Both the position numbers and the translations under genes were made by a program. From IMG/VR virus record IMGVR_UViG_3300009285_005630: a stretch of DNA of 64,000 bases; one strand, written 5' to 3'. The stretch is from a virus. Of the stretch, positions 53,820 through 62,993 are shown in pieces (within the stretch, counting starts at the first letter, position 1; each line of letters starts with the position of its first letter). The notes below the pieces were generated by a model. The model had not been told where the DNA came from. It did not search any database and saw nothing but the letters and a program-made list of their open reading frames with translations.

Positions 53820-54175
53820 AGGAAACGAGCATTTTAGATAACGTGAACCAAATCCGCCCCATCAGCGACAACATCTTGGTTAAGCGCGTGCCGGAGCAGG
53901 ACATGACGGCGGGGGGTATTGTGATCCCCGCCAACGCCAAGAAGCCCAAGATGGAAGCGCTCGTGCTGGCCGTTGGGCGCAGGGCTACGACGGCGCAGGG
54001 CAAGCAACTGGACCAGCCTATGACCGTCAAAGTGGGGGACCGCGTGCTGATCGACCAGTTTGTAGGATCCGCGTTGACGATTGACGGCGAGTCCTACATC
54101 CTCATGCACGAGCGGCACGTCCACGCCGTCCTGGAAGAGGGGTCGGTGGGGGAGGTCCTGGAGACAGAGGAATAG
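53816..54175 (+). CDS. groES: Co-chaperonin GroES (Cpn10)
   Basis: IRPISDNILVKR...TAGGIVIP...VLAVG...VKVGDRVL...GESYILM. Confidence 0.93.
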   Translation: MKETSILDNVNQIRPISDNILVKRVPEQDMTAGGIVIPANAKKPKMEALVLAVGRRATTAQGKQLDQPMTVKVGDRVLIDQFVGSALTIDGESYILMHERHVHAVLEEGSVGEVLETEE

Positions 54176-54178
54176 GCC

Positions 54179-54421
54179 ATGAGCGCCGCCATTCAGGGAC
54201 TTCGGCGACGGGTCGTAGACATCTGCATCGACTGGGCGTTCATGCCGGATAGCGTGGGGCGGTTGAAGTCCGCCTTGGACGCGGAACTTAATCCGGTTTT
54301 GACACACTTGTGCGCATTGGAGAAGACTATTCAAACCAAGTATCCCGAGCACGCAAACCGGGATGCTTTGGAAGTGGCGGCGGAGGTACTGAGTGGAAAA
54401 ATTCCCTGGCGTACCTCTTAA
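54179..54421 (+). CDS. Hypothetical protein
   Basis: Packed ORF. Confidence 0.5.
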   Translation: MSAAIQGLRRRVVDICIDWAFMPDSVGRLKSALDAELNPVLTHLCALEKTIQTKYPEHANRDALEVAAEVLSGKIPWRTS

Positions 54422-54686
54422 ACTAACAATCTCCTTGTCTACGATACGCTCAGCGGTGTGCCTCCTACGGGGCCACCGCTGGAACTTTCATGGAGTGCTA
54501 TGTTACCGGTGCGGAAAGCGCGCTAAGTTGCACTACGCCCTCCAGAATACCCATTGGAAGGTGTGGGTCGTCAATATCGCAGGGGACGTACCTATATCCG
54601 GGTGTGGGCCAACACTTGGGGAAGCCAAGTTGTCCTTTGAGGAAGCGTGGAAGACCTTGTTGGGACGATCCTATCATGGGGCTTAG
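54393..54686 (+). CDS. Hypothetical protein (start uncertain)
   Basis: GHRW...CYRCG; ends immediately before the terminase. Confidence 0.4.
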   Translation: MEKFPGVPLKLTISLSTIRSAVCLLRGHRWNFHGVLCYRCGKRAKLHYALQNTHWKVWVVNIAGDVPISGCGPTLGEAKLSFEEAWKTLLGRSYHGA

Positions 54687-56633
54687 ATGAAGCGTGGGGC
54701 GGGGGTCAACACACCGGACCGCTGGCGGGAGATGGCCGATGCGCTATGGTCGGCGGATTACGTGCGCATCCCCGTTCCTCCCCGAGAATTTTTCACCAGT
54801 GAGTATTACTTCGGCGTTATGGCCAAGGGGCTGTACCCAAAGTGGCTGGAGGACCTTGAAGAAGTCCTGGACCCGCTGAATGGAATCATAGAATGGCTAA
54901 TCTCGGGATCCTTGGGTACAGGCAAAACTACTGTGGCGTGTGCGGCCACGCTCTATAAAATCTATGAGCTAAGTTGCCTCATTAACCCACATGGATATTT
55001 TGATTTGATGCCTACCAGCCCCATTAGTTTTGCCATGTTTTCCTCGGACAAGTATCGTGCTGAGGGGGTGGGGTGGACGAAGCTGAGCAATATGATCAAC
55101 AGCAGCCCATACTTTCGGGAGCACTTCCCCGTCAACAAACGCCGAAAGAGCTTTGACCAGACCCAACAACAGGAAGACTCCGCCATTATCCTTCCTAAAA
55201 ATATGCGCGTTGTCATCGGATCAAAAACCCGGCACGCCTTGTCGGAGGATATTATTGGCGGGATACTGGATGAGGTAAATTTCCGGGAAGGTAAGGGGGG
55301 GTGGGACACAGAAGGCATCAACAGCGCATTGAACATGTACAATTCCGTTGAACGCCGACGCAAGAGCCGGTTTGAAGAACGTGGGCGCGTCCCCGGCTTG
55401 CTTGTGTTGGTATCTTCTTGCACGGCGACCTCTTCCTTCTTAGATATTCACATTGAGAAATCCAGGGGCAATCCGCAGGTGAAAGTCTCGTCCTATGCGG
55501 TATGGGACGTGAAGAAGCCTGAGAAGTACTCTAAGAAGCGGTTCTACGTGTTTATCGGAGAGTCCACAGGAAAGCATAAGATTATGTCTCCTGAGGAAGC
55601 TACCGCCTTAGGCATTAAACCAACTATGAAGGATGATGAGGTACGCCGGGCGTTCCCGGCCGTGCTCCCCGTTCCCGAGGATTTCCGAGCGGAATTCGAG
55701 CGGGACCTTCCCAGCGCCATCCAGGACATCGGGGGCGTCAGCACGGGGGCGTTCAACTACTTTGTCGGGAATATCCAGGTGGTCAAGGACGCCATGCGCT
55801 CAACGCGGCAGCATCCATTCTCCGGGGAGAAGTTCGCGCAGTTCACGACGCCGCAGATCCGTCTGGGTGTCAAGTCCAATACCACCATCACCGATCATCT
55901 CCTTCTCCAGCATCTCGTCCGCAAGGGGTTGGATGGCCGGTTTCGGCCCATTCACCATCCGGGGGCATCACGCGCTATTCACGTTGATTTGTCGGAATCC
56001 ATCGACGCCACGGGGATATCCATGGAATGCATCCCCCGCCTGGCCGTATCCGTGGAGCAGGTAGGTGATCAACAAATCCGCTCCCTCCTTCCCGTGGTGT
56101 GGCTGGACTTTGCTCTGCGCATCGTCGCCATGAAAGGGGACCAGATTGACTTTGACAAAATCGTGGAGTTCATCTGCCTACTAAGGGACGGCTTTGGGTT
56201 CCCTATTCGGTTCGTCAGTTTTGACAGTTTTCAAAGTACCCACGCCCTGCAACTGCTGATGAAATCAGGATTTGAGGTTAAAAAGGTATCTCCAGACAAG
56301 ACGCCGGACCCGTACAAGCAGTTCCTGGAACTCTGCATCTCCCGGCGCATGGAAATGTACAACCATGACTTTCTGTTGTGGGAGATTCAGCATCTCATCA
56401 AAGACAGCAGTCGCAAGACCATCAAAATAGAACATGAGCGGGACAAGGGGAAGGACGTGGCCGATTCCGTAGTCTGCGCCGCCTACAGGTTGTTGACGGA
56501 GTATGCCGCTGGAAAAATAAGCATTCTCCAACCGACAACGGCGCGTAGTGTCCCGAAGGGGGCCGGACTTGTCAGAACAGTAGCAACCGAAACCGAAGAC
56601 GAATCCTGGGTTACGCAGGGTTATAAACCTTAG
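54687..56633 (+). CDS. terL: Terminase large subunit
   Basis: SGSLGTGKT Walker A, ILDEVNF Walker B, HVDLS/SFDSFQS/KDVADS nuclease motifs; directly before the portal. Confidence 0.88.
   Translation: MKRGAGVNTPDRWREMADALWSADYVRIPVPPREFFTSEYYFGVMAKGLYPKWLEDLEEVLDPLNGIIEWLISGSLGTGKTTVACAATLYKIYELSCLINPHGYFDLMPTSPISFAMFSSDKYRAEGVGWTKLSNMINSSPYFREHFPVNKRRKSFDQTQQQEDSAIILPKNMRVVIGSKTRHALSEDIIGGILDEVNFREGKGGWDTEGINSALNMYNSVERRRKSRFEERGRVPGLLVLVSSCTATSSFLDIHIEKSRGNPQVKVSSYAVWDVKKPEKYSKKRFYVFIGESTGKHKIMSPEEATALGIKPTMKDDEVRRAFPAVLPVPEDFRAEFERDLPSAIQDIGGVSTGAFNYFVGNIQVVKDAMRSTRQHPFSGEKFAQFTTPQIRLGVKSNTTITDHLLLQHLVRKGLDGRFRPIHHPGASRAIHVDLSESIDATGISMECIPRLAVSVEQVGDQQIRSLLPVVWLDFALRIVAMKGDQIDFDKIVEFICLLRDGFGFPIRFVSFDSFQSTHALQLLMKSGFEVKKVSPDKTPDPYKQFLELCISRRMEMYNHDFLLWEIQHLIKDSSRKTIKIEHERDKGKDVADSVVCAAYRLLTEYAAGKISILQPTTARSVPKGAGLVRTVATETEDESWVTQGYKP
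56570..56584 (+). promoter_or_regulatory. Candidate late-promoter motif upstream of the portal
   Basis: TGTCAGA-ACAG-TAG. Confidence 0.3.
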
Positions 56634-56641
56634 GAGGCACT

Positions 56642-58207
56642 GTGGGGCAGTCATTGCTCAAGAGGATGCTGAGTATCGCGCATGTGACGCCGAGGCAATG
56701 GGCCAGGGCGGCGGATCCGGGTATAAGGGGGATGGACCAGACGTTCGCCCGGTTGGGCCAATTGGCCAACACGCAGGCGCTGGACCGCGTGGTATCCCTG
56801 GAGGCGTACCAGCGCCAGATGTTCCGGCGCTATCTGGACCGGAATTCCCGCTTCGTAGACTTCGATATCATGGATATGGACTGCGGCGAGATATCTGTCG
56901 CCTTGGATACCTATGCGGAGGAGGCCACACAACGGAACTTCGCCACCAAGCGCGTCACCTGGGCCGTCAGTAAAGACCCCACCATTCAGAAGGAAGCGGA
57001 CGCGATGATCCAAGCCACCGGTCTGGAGAACTTCGCGTTCGGTATCTGCCGCGCCTTGGCCAAGTATGGCGAAATCCTGGTCTACCTGCGTAAAAGCAAG
57101 GAGAAAGGTGTTTACCGGTTTATTCTCCTGCACCCGTCTCTAGCGGAGCCGGAACTGGAACAGGGCAAGCTCATTGGATGGCGGGCTCCGCAATTGGCTG
57201 AAATCTTTCCCGTGGGCGTCAACGGCTTGTACCCTGCATCCGATTTCGTTCACTTCCGCATCCCGGATTTCTCTGCATCCCAGATCGAAGGCAAGAGCAT
57301 GCTGGATCCCGCCATCAAGCCTTGGCGAATTCTTGACATGCTGGAAATCACCGTACAGATCTTCCGGTTGAATCGGTCCATCGACCGCAGGGTGTTCAAA
57401 GTGGACGTGGGGTCGGCGGCGACGCTCTACGATCAGATGCGTCTCGTCCAGGAGTACATGAAGTTCGTCAAGGGGCGGTCCGTCATTGACCCCGCCACGG
57501 GGGAATTCAAGATCGCCGTCGATCCCAACAACGTCCTGGAAGACATTTTCTGGCCCACGAAGGAGGGGAACAACTCCAGCGTGGAGTACATCAAGGCCGA
57601 GGGGAATGTTGGGGAAATCCTGGACTTGCAGTACTTCCGGAACAAGCTGCGCGTAGCCACCCGCCTTCCCAAGGGGTTCTTTGATGAGAACGACTCCTCT
57701 GGGTGGGACAAGGGGCGCTATCTCATGTTCCAGGACGTGCGATTTGCCAGGGTCATTGAGCGGTTGCAGTTGGCGTTCTGCGCAGGCGTTAAGCAAATGG
57801 TCTTACGACACGTGACCATGAAGGGGCTATTCCCGAACGGGATACCTAAGTTTGAGATCATGACGGAGGTGGCGTCCCAGGTCTACGTCAAGCAGGTGCT
57901 GGACAACCTTCGGGAATCTGCCGATGCCATTTCCGCCGTTTCGGACTTTGCTGACGTGGCGGGCTGGAACAAGGCGGAGTGGATTAAGTGGCTGACTTCC
58001 GCCTTCATGCAAATCCCATCGGACATTATGCAGAAGTTGGCGTTGGCTCCGGACCAGAACCTGGGGGTGGGCGTGGTACAGACGTTACTCTCCGGCATGG
58101 AGGGCATTGCCTCCGACAAGCAATTGGCGGAGTTGAGCCGTCGCCTTGAGAAAATCCGGGACCGGCTGGCGGGTAGTATCGCACAGGACTTAACGGAGGA
58201 AGCATAA
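56642..58207 (+). CDS. Portal protein, T4 gp20-like
   Basis: EISVALDTYAEEA, VHFR, GKSMLD, RRVFKVDVG, EDIFWP, D..YFRNKL, DVRFAR.IERLQ. Confidence 0.9.
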   Translation: MGQSLLKRMLSIAHVTPRQWARAADPGIRGMDQTFARLGQLANTQALDRVVSLEAYQRQMFRRYLDRNSRFVDFDIMDMDCGEISVALDTYAEEATQRNFATKRVTWAVSKDPTIQKEADAMIQATGLENFAFGICRALAKYGEILVYLRKSKEKGVYRFILLHPSLAEPELEQGKLIGWRAPQLAEIFPVGVNGLYPASDFVHFRIPDFSASQIEGKSMLDPAIKPWRILDMLEITVQIFRLNRSIDRRVFKVDVGSAATLYDQMRLVQEYMKFVKGRSVIDPATGEFKIAVDPNNVLEDIFWPTKEGNNSSVEYIKAEGNVGEILDLQYFRNKLRVATRLPKGFFDENDSSGWDKGRYLMFQDVRFARVIERLQLAFCAGVKQMVLRHVTMKGLFPNGIPKFEIMTEVASQVYVKQVLDNLRESADAISAVSDFADVAGWNKAEWIKWLTSAFMQIPSDIMQKLALAPDQNLGVGVVQTLLSGMEGIASDKQLAELSRRLEKIRDRLAGSIAQDLTEEA

Positions 58208-58208
58208 G

Positions 58209-58535
58209 TTGCTACGCAAAAATGACTTTTTACAACGGATTCGAGACGTTCTATTCTCCCAAGGAATTGATATTCCCAACAAGGAATTGGCCATTATCTT
58301 GGCCACGATGTCTACGGTGGCGTCGGATGCGCTGAGACACGGGGAGGAAGTACAGGTGGGGGGGCTGGGCATTTTCTCCATTCGCATCATCGAGCCCCGG
58401 TCTTACTCCTTTGGATTCTCGGGCAACCGCAGATCCAAGGAGTTTGACCGCCGGTCCCGCTTGAAGTTTACGCCCGCTCCTGCCTTGCAAGAGGCCTGCG
58501 CCAACGCCATCAAATGGATCCTCAACGGTCAGTAA
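58209..58535 (+). CDS. Second HU/IHF-family protein, divergent arm
   Basis: KNDFLQRI...GEEVQVGGLGIFS...LKFTPAPAL. Confidence 0.8.
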   Translation: MLRKNDFLQRIRDVLFSQGIDIPNKELAIILATMSTVASDALRHGEEVQVGGLGIFSIRIIEPRSYSFGFSGNRRSKEFDRRSRLKFTPAPALQEACANAIKWILNGQ

Positions 58536-59368
58536 TTGAGGTCCTGGACCTCTTGGACACGGTGGAGTATCTCACCGAGGCCAAGTCCTTCACCAAGCAC
58601 GCAGGATTGCATAAGCCGAGCACCCGTGATCTTGTGGGGAAATATGTCGCGTCCATATCCCCCGAGTACCTCCAGCGCGTCAAGCGCCAAGACGCCAAGC
58701 GCGCCTTGGAAGACTACAAGGTCGTGGAAGCGGACTTTACGGAAACCCTCGGGAGACTGTTGCGCAAATTCCGCTATGGGGATGAAACCCGCGCCAAGTT
58801 CCAACGGGACGCTAAAGGCTTGTTCCGGGAGATGTACCGGCGGGCCTTTTCCTTGGGGTTGCAGGCCGGAGGCGTCCGGGGCTACGTGGCCAGCATGAAA
58901 AAGGATGAGCCTCCGCCGCTAACGGCCAAGGATCGGGAGTGGTTGGAGCGAACGCTGACGGACGAGTCCAAGTACTTCAACAAATTCGTGGATGACGTGG
59001 CGGCCGAGCGCGTGGGTCGTGGAAGTAAGATGAACATGGCCGACCGGACCAAGCTTTACGGGAACTCCCTACGCATGGCCTTCGAGTCTGGCAGAGTCAT
59101 GGCCACACCTGGTAATGCCTTGATCTACTGGATCATGAATCCAAAAGCTGAGCATTGCCAGACCTGCCAATGGCTTCTAAAAATGTCTCCCTTCTCCAAG
59201 CAGAATATACCAACCTTGCCAAAGGAAGCTCGGACCGCCTGCGTAATTGGTTGTAAGTGCCGATTGCTCGTGCGGTTCGTTTCCGATGAAAAATTCAAAG
59301 CCTTTTCAGAGAAAGCGCCCACACGCGCGCAACTCCTGGCAGGCATGAAGGCTCACGGCGGTAAGTAA
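58514..59368 (+). CDS. MuF/gp7-like minor head protein
   Basis: C-terminal WIMNPKAEHCQTC...P.LP...C..GCKCRL; located after the portal. Confidence 0.55.
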   Translation: MDPQRSVIEVLDLLDTVEYLTEAKSFTKHAGLHKPSTRDLVGKYVASISPEYLQRVKRQDAKRALEDYKVVEADFTETLGRLLRKFRYGDETRAKFQRDAKGLFREMYRRAFSLGLQAGGVRGYVASMKKDEPPPLTAKDREWLERTLTDESKYFNKFVDDVAAERVGRGSKMNMADRTKLYGNSLRMAFESGRVMATPGNALIYWIMNPKAEHCQTCQWLLKMSPFSKQNIPTLPKEARTACVIGCKCRLLVRFVSDEKFKAFSEKAPTRAQLLAGMKAHGGK

Positions 59369-59384
59369 GATGGTCTCTCCAGGC

Positions 59385-59399
59385 TGTCAGAATAGCATG
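59385..59399 (+). promoter_or_regulatory. Candidate late-promoter motif, leaderless
   Basis: TGTCAGA-ATAG-C-ATG with no SD. Confidence 0.35.
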
Positions 59400-59612
59400 C
59401 CAAGTCTTGTCGAAGAACTGTTGAAGGAAGAGACGCCCGTTCAGGAGTCCTCGGCTGTAGCCGCCTTACAGGCGATTGAGAAGGCCGCCGTAGCTATGAT
59501 TGCGGGTCGGCAACAGAAGTTTCATGCTCTCGGTAAGAGCATCGAGTTGACCGGAGATGCCTTGGATCTGGCGCAGATCCGGGACATGGCCCGCGCGGGG
59601 TTAAAGTCCTAA
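59397..59612 (+). CDS. Tagged small protein (LVEELLKEE)
   Basis: N-terminal tag variant, then VQES. Confidence 0.55.
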   Translation: MPSLVEELLKEETPVQESSAVAALQAIEKAAVAMIAGRQQKFHALGKSIELTGDALDLAQIRDMARAGLKS

Positions 59613-59722
59613 TGACTTCCCTGTTGGAGATGCTCTACTCCCGTTCCGTGGATTGGCGGGGGGATACCGCCCGTCGCGTTAAGGATGAACTGAAGGCCAT
59701 GCTGAGTTCCGGGGATATATGA
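59612..59722 (+). CDS. 36-aa peptide
   Basis: Start and stop overlap both neighbours. Confidence 0.35.
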   Translation: MTSLLEMLYSRSVDWRGDTARRVKDELKAMLSSGDI

Positions 59723-60294
59723 CACTTTCCGAGGAGTTGGTCATCCAAAGGAACCCAAGCGGACGCCGGAAGCGCCGGTTTGATCTGTTTGAGGACGGGT
59801 TTGTGTCCTCGGCCAGCATTGGAGAGACTCCCGCCTTCGTCACCGTGTACAATCCGGATTCCGTGGATGGTCGAATCCTGATTTCCGCCTTTGGAGCGCA
59901 CAACGACGGGGCATTCAAGGGCACTTGGGGCAAGAATAAGTACATTCTCCGCCGGAAAGGCAAGACTTTGGAGCTTTGGCCGGACTCGGATATGCCTAAG
60001 GCGACCATGCAGGAGGGCTCTGAGCGCCTCCAGGACCTCATTGCCCTGTATGAGGGTCTGGAAGCCACGGCGGAGGAGGAATTGCGCGCTATAGCTGCTC
60101 AGGGCGCTGACAGGGGTCGTTCTACGGCCCCCAGGATCAAGGAGTTCTTGGAATCCATCCACGGAGCACTATCCCAAATGCGGGACATGCTTGAGGCAGC
60201 ACACGCGATTCCATTTATGGAGGCGCAGTACTTGGAATTCGTCGGTCGCTTGGCGGACTTGGACCGAACACTGGAGGGGTTGCTAACGCGATGA
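59719..60294 (+). CDS. Hypothetical protein
   Basis: ATG overlapping the previous stop. Confidence 0.55.
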   Translation: MTLSEELVIQRNPSGRRKRRFDLFEDGFVSSASIGETPAFVTVYNPDSVDGRILISAFGAHNDGAFKGTWGKNKYILRRKGKTLELWPDSDMPKATMQEGSERLQDLIALYEGLEATAEEELRAIAAQGADRGRSTAPRIKEFLESIHGALSQMRDMLEAAHAIPFMEAQYLEFVGRLADLDRTLEGLLTR

Positions 60295-60635
60295 CCGTAC
60301 TATCGGCGGATTTGTCCATTTCCCGCTCGGATACGTTGGGAACAACGCTGCTTGGGGAATTTGCCCCAAATCAGACCTGTACCATCGTCCATGACGGGCA
60401 GATTGAACTTCTATCCGGGGTGGTGTTTTCCTTGCCGTTGTCTGGCATGGCTACCATCAAGGCGCTATTGATCTCCGTGTCCGGTGGGTATGTGAACGTC
60501 ACCTTGGACAATGATGGGGATACTATCGTGTTCCCGTGCGATGACTTCCTGCTGTTGGTTGGGGTGGAATTCACGGCAGTTTCCGTCCAAGCGGTCGGGG
60601 CATGCTCCGTAGACTACGCTCTGGGAGGTATCTGA
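60291..60635 (+). CDS. Small beta-rich putative structural protein
   Basis: SD GGAGG; beta-strand-like composition. Confidence 0.45.
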   Translation: MTVLSADLSISRSDTLGTTLLGEFAPNQTCTIVHDGQIELLSGVVFSLPLSGMATIKALLISVSGGYVNVTLDNDGDTIVFPCDDFLLLVGVEFTAVSVQAVGACSVDYALGGI

Positions 60636-60907
60636 TGTTCAAGGCTCTTTGGAAGAGGCTATTTCATCGCTCCGACATCCAATCGGTGCTCGTGGAGGCC
60701 GAGGGAGTGAAAAACCGGGAGTATAAGGTTGGCGAAATTGCCGTGGGGGAGATATACTACCCCGTCCGGTTCCTCCGTCCCAATGGAGACGACTTGCTCA
60801 TGTTGTTCTTGCGTAGTGACCTGTGGAAGGCGCGTGCAAGGGCGTTGAAGCAGGTTGGGCAAGAAGGCGAAACAGCGATCAAGGACATTTTTGAGGATGT
60901 AGGGTGA
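60635..60907 (+). CDS. Hypothetical protein
   Basis: SD GGAGG before the ATG at 60635. Confidence 0.55.
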   Translation: MFKALWKRLFHRSDIQSVLVEAEGVKNREYKVGEIAVGEIYYPVRFLRPNGDDLLMLFLRSDLWKARARALKQVGQEGETAIKDIFEDVG

Positions 60908-61128
60908 TGGATGCATTCGTGCAGAAGTTTGCTTGCCCGTTTTACACGGAGGAATTATGCATCTTGGACCATGACGTGTGCCCATTCGCGCAGATCCCCG
61001 ATGGATTCCGGGATTGCGGGAAGTGGCTGCGCCTCGCGGGCGTTGTAAGCTCTGACGGGAGTAACCTGCGGGAGTTTGACGGAGTTTTGGAAAGCATTCC
61101 TGCGGTCGTGGACCGACTGCTTCAGTAA
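60904..61128 (+). CDS. Small Cys-containing protein
   Basis: CPF...C...CP...C. Confidence 0.45.
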   Translation: MMDAFVQKFACPFYTEELCILDHDVCPFAQIPDGFRDCGKWLRLAGVVSSDGSNLREFDGVLESIPAVVDRLLQ

Positions 61129-61604
61129 TGCTCGGGGGAATCGCTCGTCGGGCGGCTAATCGCATTCTGTTGGAATTGGGGAGATCGGATACATCCCCCC
61201 ATCGGGATCGTTTGGGTCCGTACGCATTTCAGTTGGAACTTCAAGCCTTGGGGAGAGATATTTTCCAAGAACCCAACATTTCGTGGCAGGATTGGTCGCC
61301 GATTCATACCTTAGGAAATCTCCTGATACGGAAATATTTCGCACAGTTCCGCCGCGTGGATCACTCCGAATCCGACGCGGCTGCGTCCAATCTGGTGACG
61401 TTGACGTACTTCATTCCGTACGATCACCGGTACTATATCGACGCGCGCGTGGTCATCATGCATGACTTCGATCCCGTGTACTCCGCCATCCTGATTGCCG
61501 ACGTGCGGCGGTACACAGAGCATCGTGAAGCCCTTGACAAACGGAATTTCACATGGTATTTAAAGGCGGCAATCCAGAAAAGGAGGGTTTATGAAACTGC
61601 GTAG
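61128..61604 (+). CDS. Hypothetical protein
   Basis: Overlapping start and stop. Confidence 0.55.
   Translation: MLGGIARRAANRILLELGRSDTSPHRDRLGPYAFQLELQALGRDIFQEPNISWQDWSPIHTLGNLLIRKYFAQFRRVDHSESDAAASNLVTLTYFIPYDHRYYIDARVVIMHDFDPVYSAILIADVRRYTEHREALDKRNFTWYLKAAIQKRRVYETA
61534..61562 (+). promoter_or_regulatory. Possible sigma70-type promoter (weak -10)
   Basis: TTGACAAAC, 17-nt spacer ending TGG, then TATTTA. Confidence 0.4.
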
Positions 61605-61890
61605 TGTGTTGGTGTTTTCGTTGGTCGTTCTGTTCGCCGGGACCTTGGCCTTCGGATGGCTCTGGTCAAAGAAAGATGCTGAGCCGCTTCCCGTCCCATT
61701 CACGAAGTGCTCCATGCAGTGGGACTCGGGCGCATCCGGCCTGATTCAAGCGGAGTTCAAGTCACCGGGGACCGCCATTCCACCCAAAGAAATCTTCATG
61801 CTGACGGATGGCGTGGGGTGGAAGTTTAAGAGGGTCTCCCCTGCGGGATCCATGGAAGTATGGTACACCGTCGAAGCCGTTAAACCTTGA
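61591..61890 (+). CDS. Membrane-anchored or secreted protein
   Basis: SD AGGAGG; N-terminal hydrophobic segment. Confidence 0.55.
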   Translation: MKLRSVLVFSLVVLFAGTLAFGWLWSKKDAEPLPVPFTKCSMQWDSGASGLIQAEFKSPGTAIPPKEIFMLTDGVGWKFKRVSPAGSMEVWYTVEAVKP

Positions 61891-61901
61891 AGGAGGTTAT
61901 C

Positions 61902-62291
61902 ATGAAAAAGTTTGCTCTTATCTTCATTCTACTCATGCTCCCGCTCGTGTCATGTGACAATTGGTTCACCAGCGAAACCCCGATCGAGCCGGACAAAACC
62001 GTGTACGCTTACGAAGGCACATTCCTCTCCGACAGCCAGAAGGATCTTACGGGCTACCGTTGGGAATTTGAATTTCTGGGAGCGTGCAACGACCTGGACA
62101 AGGACAAGTTGCCCTCCGATCAGGTCATGCGGATTTCCATGGACTGTCTGCCGACGGTGCCGCATACGGTCCGCCTGTACACGGCCATTTATAATCCTAA
62201 TGAGCCTGGGGCCTATGCCACGTTCTCCAACATCTCCTGGCAAGCTAGTCCTGACGGAACTTTGTACAAATTCACTTTCCACGTAAAGTAG
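61902..62291 (+). CDS. Putative lipoprotein
   Basis: MKK plus hydrophobic core and lipobox LVSC; SD AGGAGG. Confidence 0.65.
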   Translation: MKKFALIFILLMLPLVSCDNWFTSETPIEPDKTVYAYEGTFLSDSQKDLTGYRWEFEFLGACNDLDKDKLPSDQVMRISMDCLPTVPHTVRLYTAIYNPNEPGAYATFSNISWQASPDGTLYKFTFHVK

Positions 62292-62314
62292 GGTTCTTTA
62301 CAGCATGCATACCT

Positions 62315-62345
62315 AAGACCGGGGTTTCCCCGGTCTTTTTGTGTT
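62315..62345 (+). terminator. Intrinsic terminator
   Basis: AAGACCGGGG-TTT-CCCCGGTCTT perfect stem plus T-run. Confidence 0.85.
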
Positions 62346-62370
62346 CTGCGCTTGGAACAAAACGGCTTCC

Positions 62371-62385
62371 TGTCAGAGTAGTATG
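62371..62385 (+). promoter_or_regulatory. Candidate late-promoter motif
   Basis: TGTCAGA-GTAG-T-ATG directly after a terminator. Confidence 0.35.
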
Positions 62386-62405
62386 ACCGCGCGCAAGGAA
62401 TTTTT

Positions 62406-62984
62406 ATGCCATTGAGTGGTTGGAATTACGCCCCCCGAGTGATAGCATCCGGCCCCTGGCTGGACATCCGCCGGTACGCCGGTGCCACCTACAAGGACAA
62501 GCTGCTTGCTGCCGTCGCGTTCGCCGCAGGGGAGGGGGGTGGGTATACTATCTTCTGCCCCGCTGGAACGTATGCGTTTACGGGCGTGGAGACGTTAACC
62601 TTGGCCTCCGTGTCCAATCTCCGTATCCTGGGGGAATCCGGGACGGTGTTCTCGTTCGCGGGGGGGGTGCTGGCCGATATAACAACCGGGACAGAGATTA
62701 CGTTTGAGGGTCTGGCCTTCTCAGGTGCCGTGACTCTCAATCTCACCCTGTCCGAATCCATCCGCGTCCAGGATTGCCAGTTTGCAGGAGGGCTGAATCT
62801 TAATGGAGTTTCCTCTTCCGGGACCGTGCTTGCAATCGTCACCCGTTGCCGTTCCTTGGGGACCGTGCATATTCTGCCTGCCTCGGAGGGGAAAATAATT
62901 GTTTCCGAGTGCTTCCTGTACGATGGCGGAACAATCCTGGATGAAGGTCAAGATACCCTACAATTTAGTAACATTGAATTTTAA
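62406..62984 (+). CDS. Short right-handed beta-helix (tailspike/pectate-lyase-like) protein
   Basis: AAVAFA...TIFCPAGTY...L...SNLRILGE, with repeating beta-coil pattern. Confidence 0.6.
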   Translation: MPLSGWNYAPRVIASGPWLDIRRYAGATYKDKLLAAVAFAAGEGGGYTIFCPAGTYAFTGVETLTLASVSNLRILGESGTVFSFAGGVLADITTGTEITFEGLAFSGAVTLNLTLSESIRVQDCQFAGGLNLNGVSSSGTVLAIVTRCRSLGTVHILPASEGKIIVSECFLYDGGTILDEGQDTLQFSNIEF

Positions 62985-62993
62985 GGAGAGGTT

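Noticed and set aside
56152-56180. TTGACAAAA inside the terminase gene
   Set aside because: No -10 element at 16-18 nt; explained by F-D-K codons.
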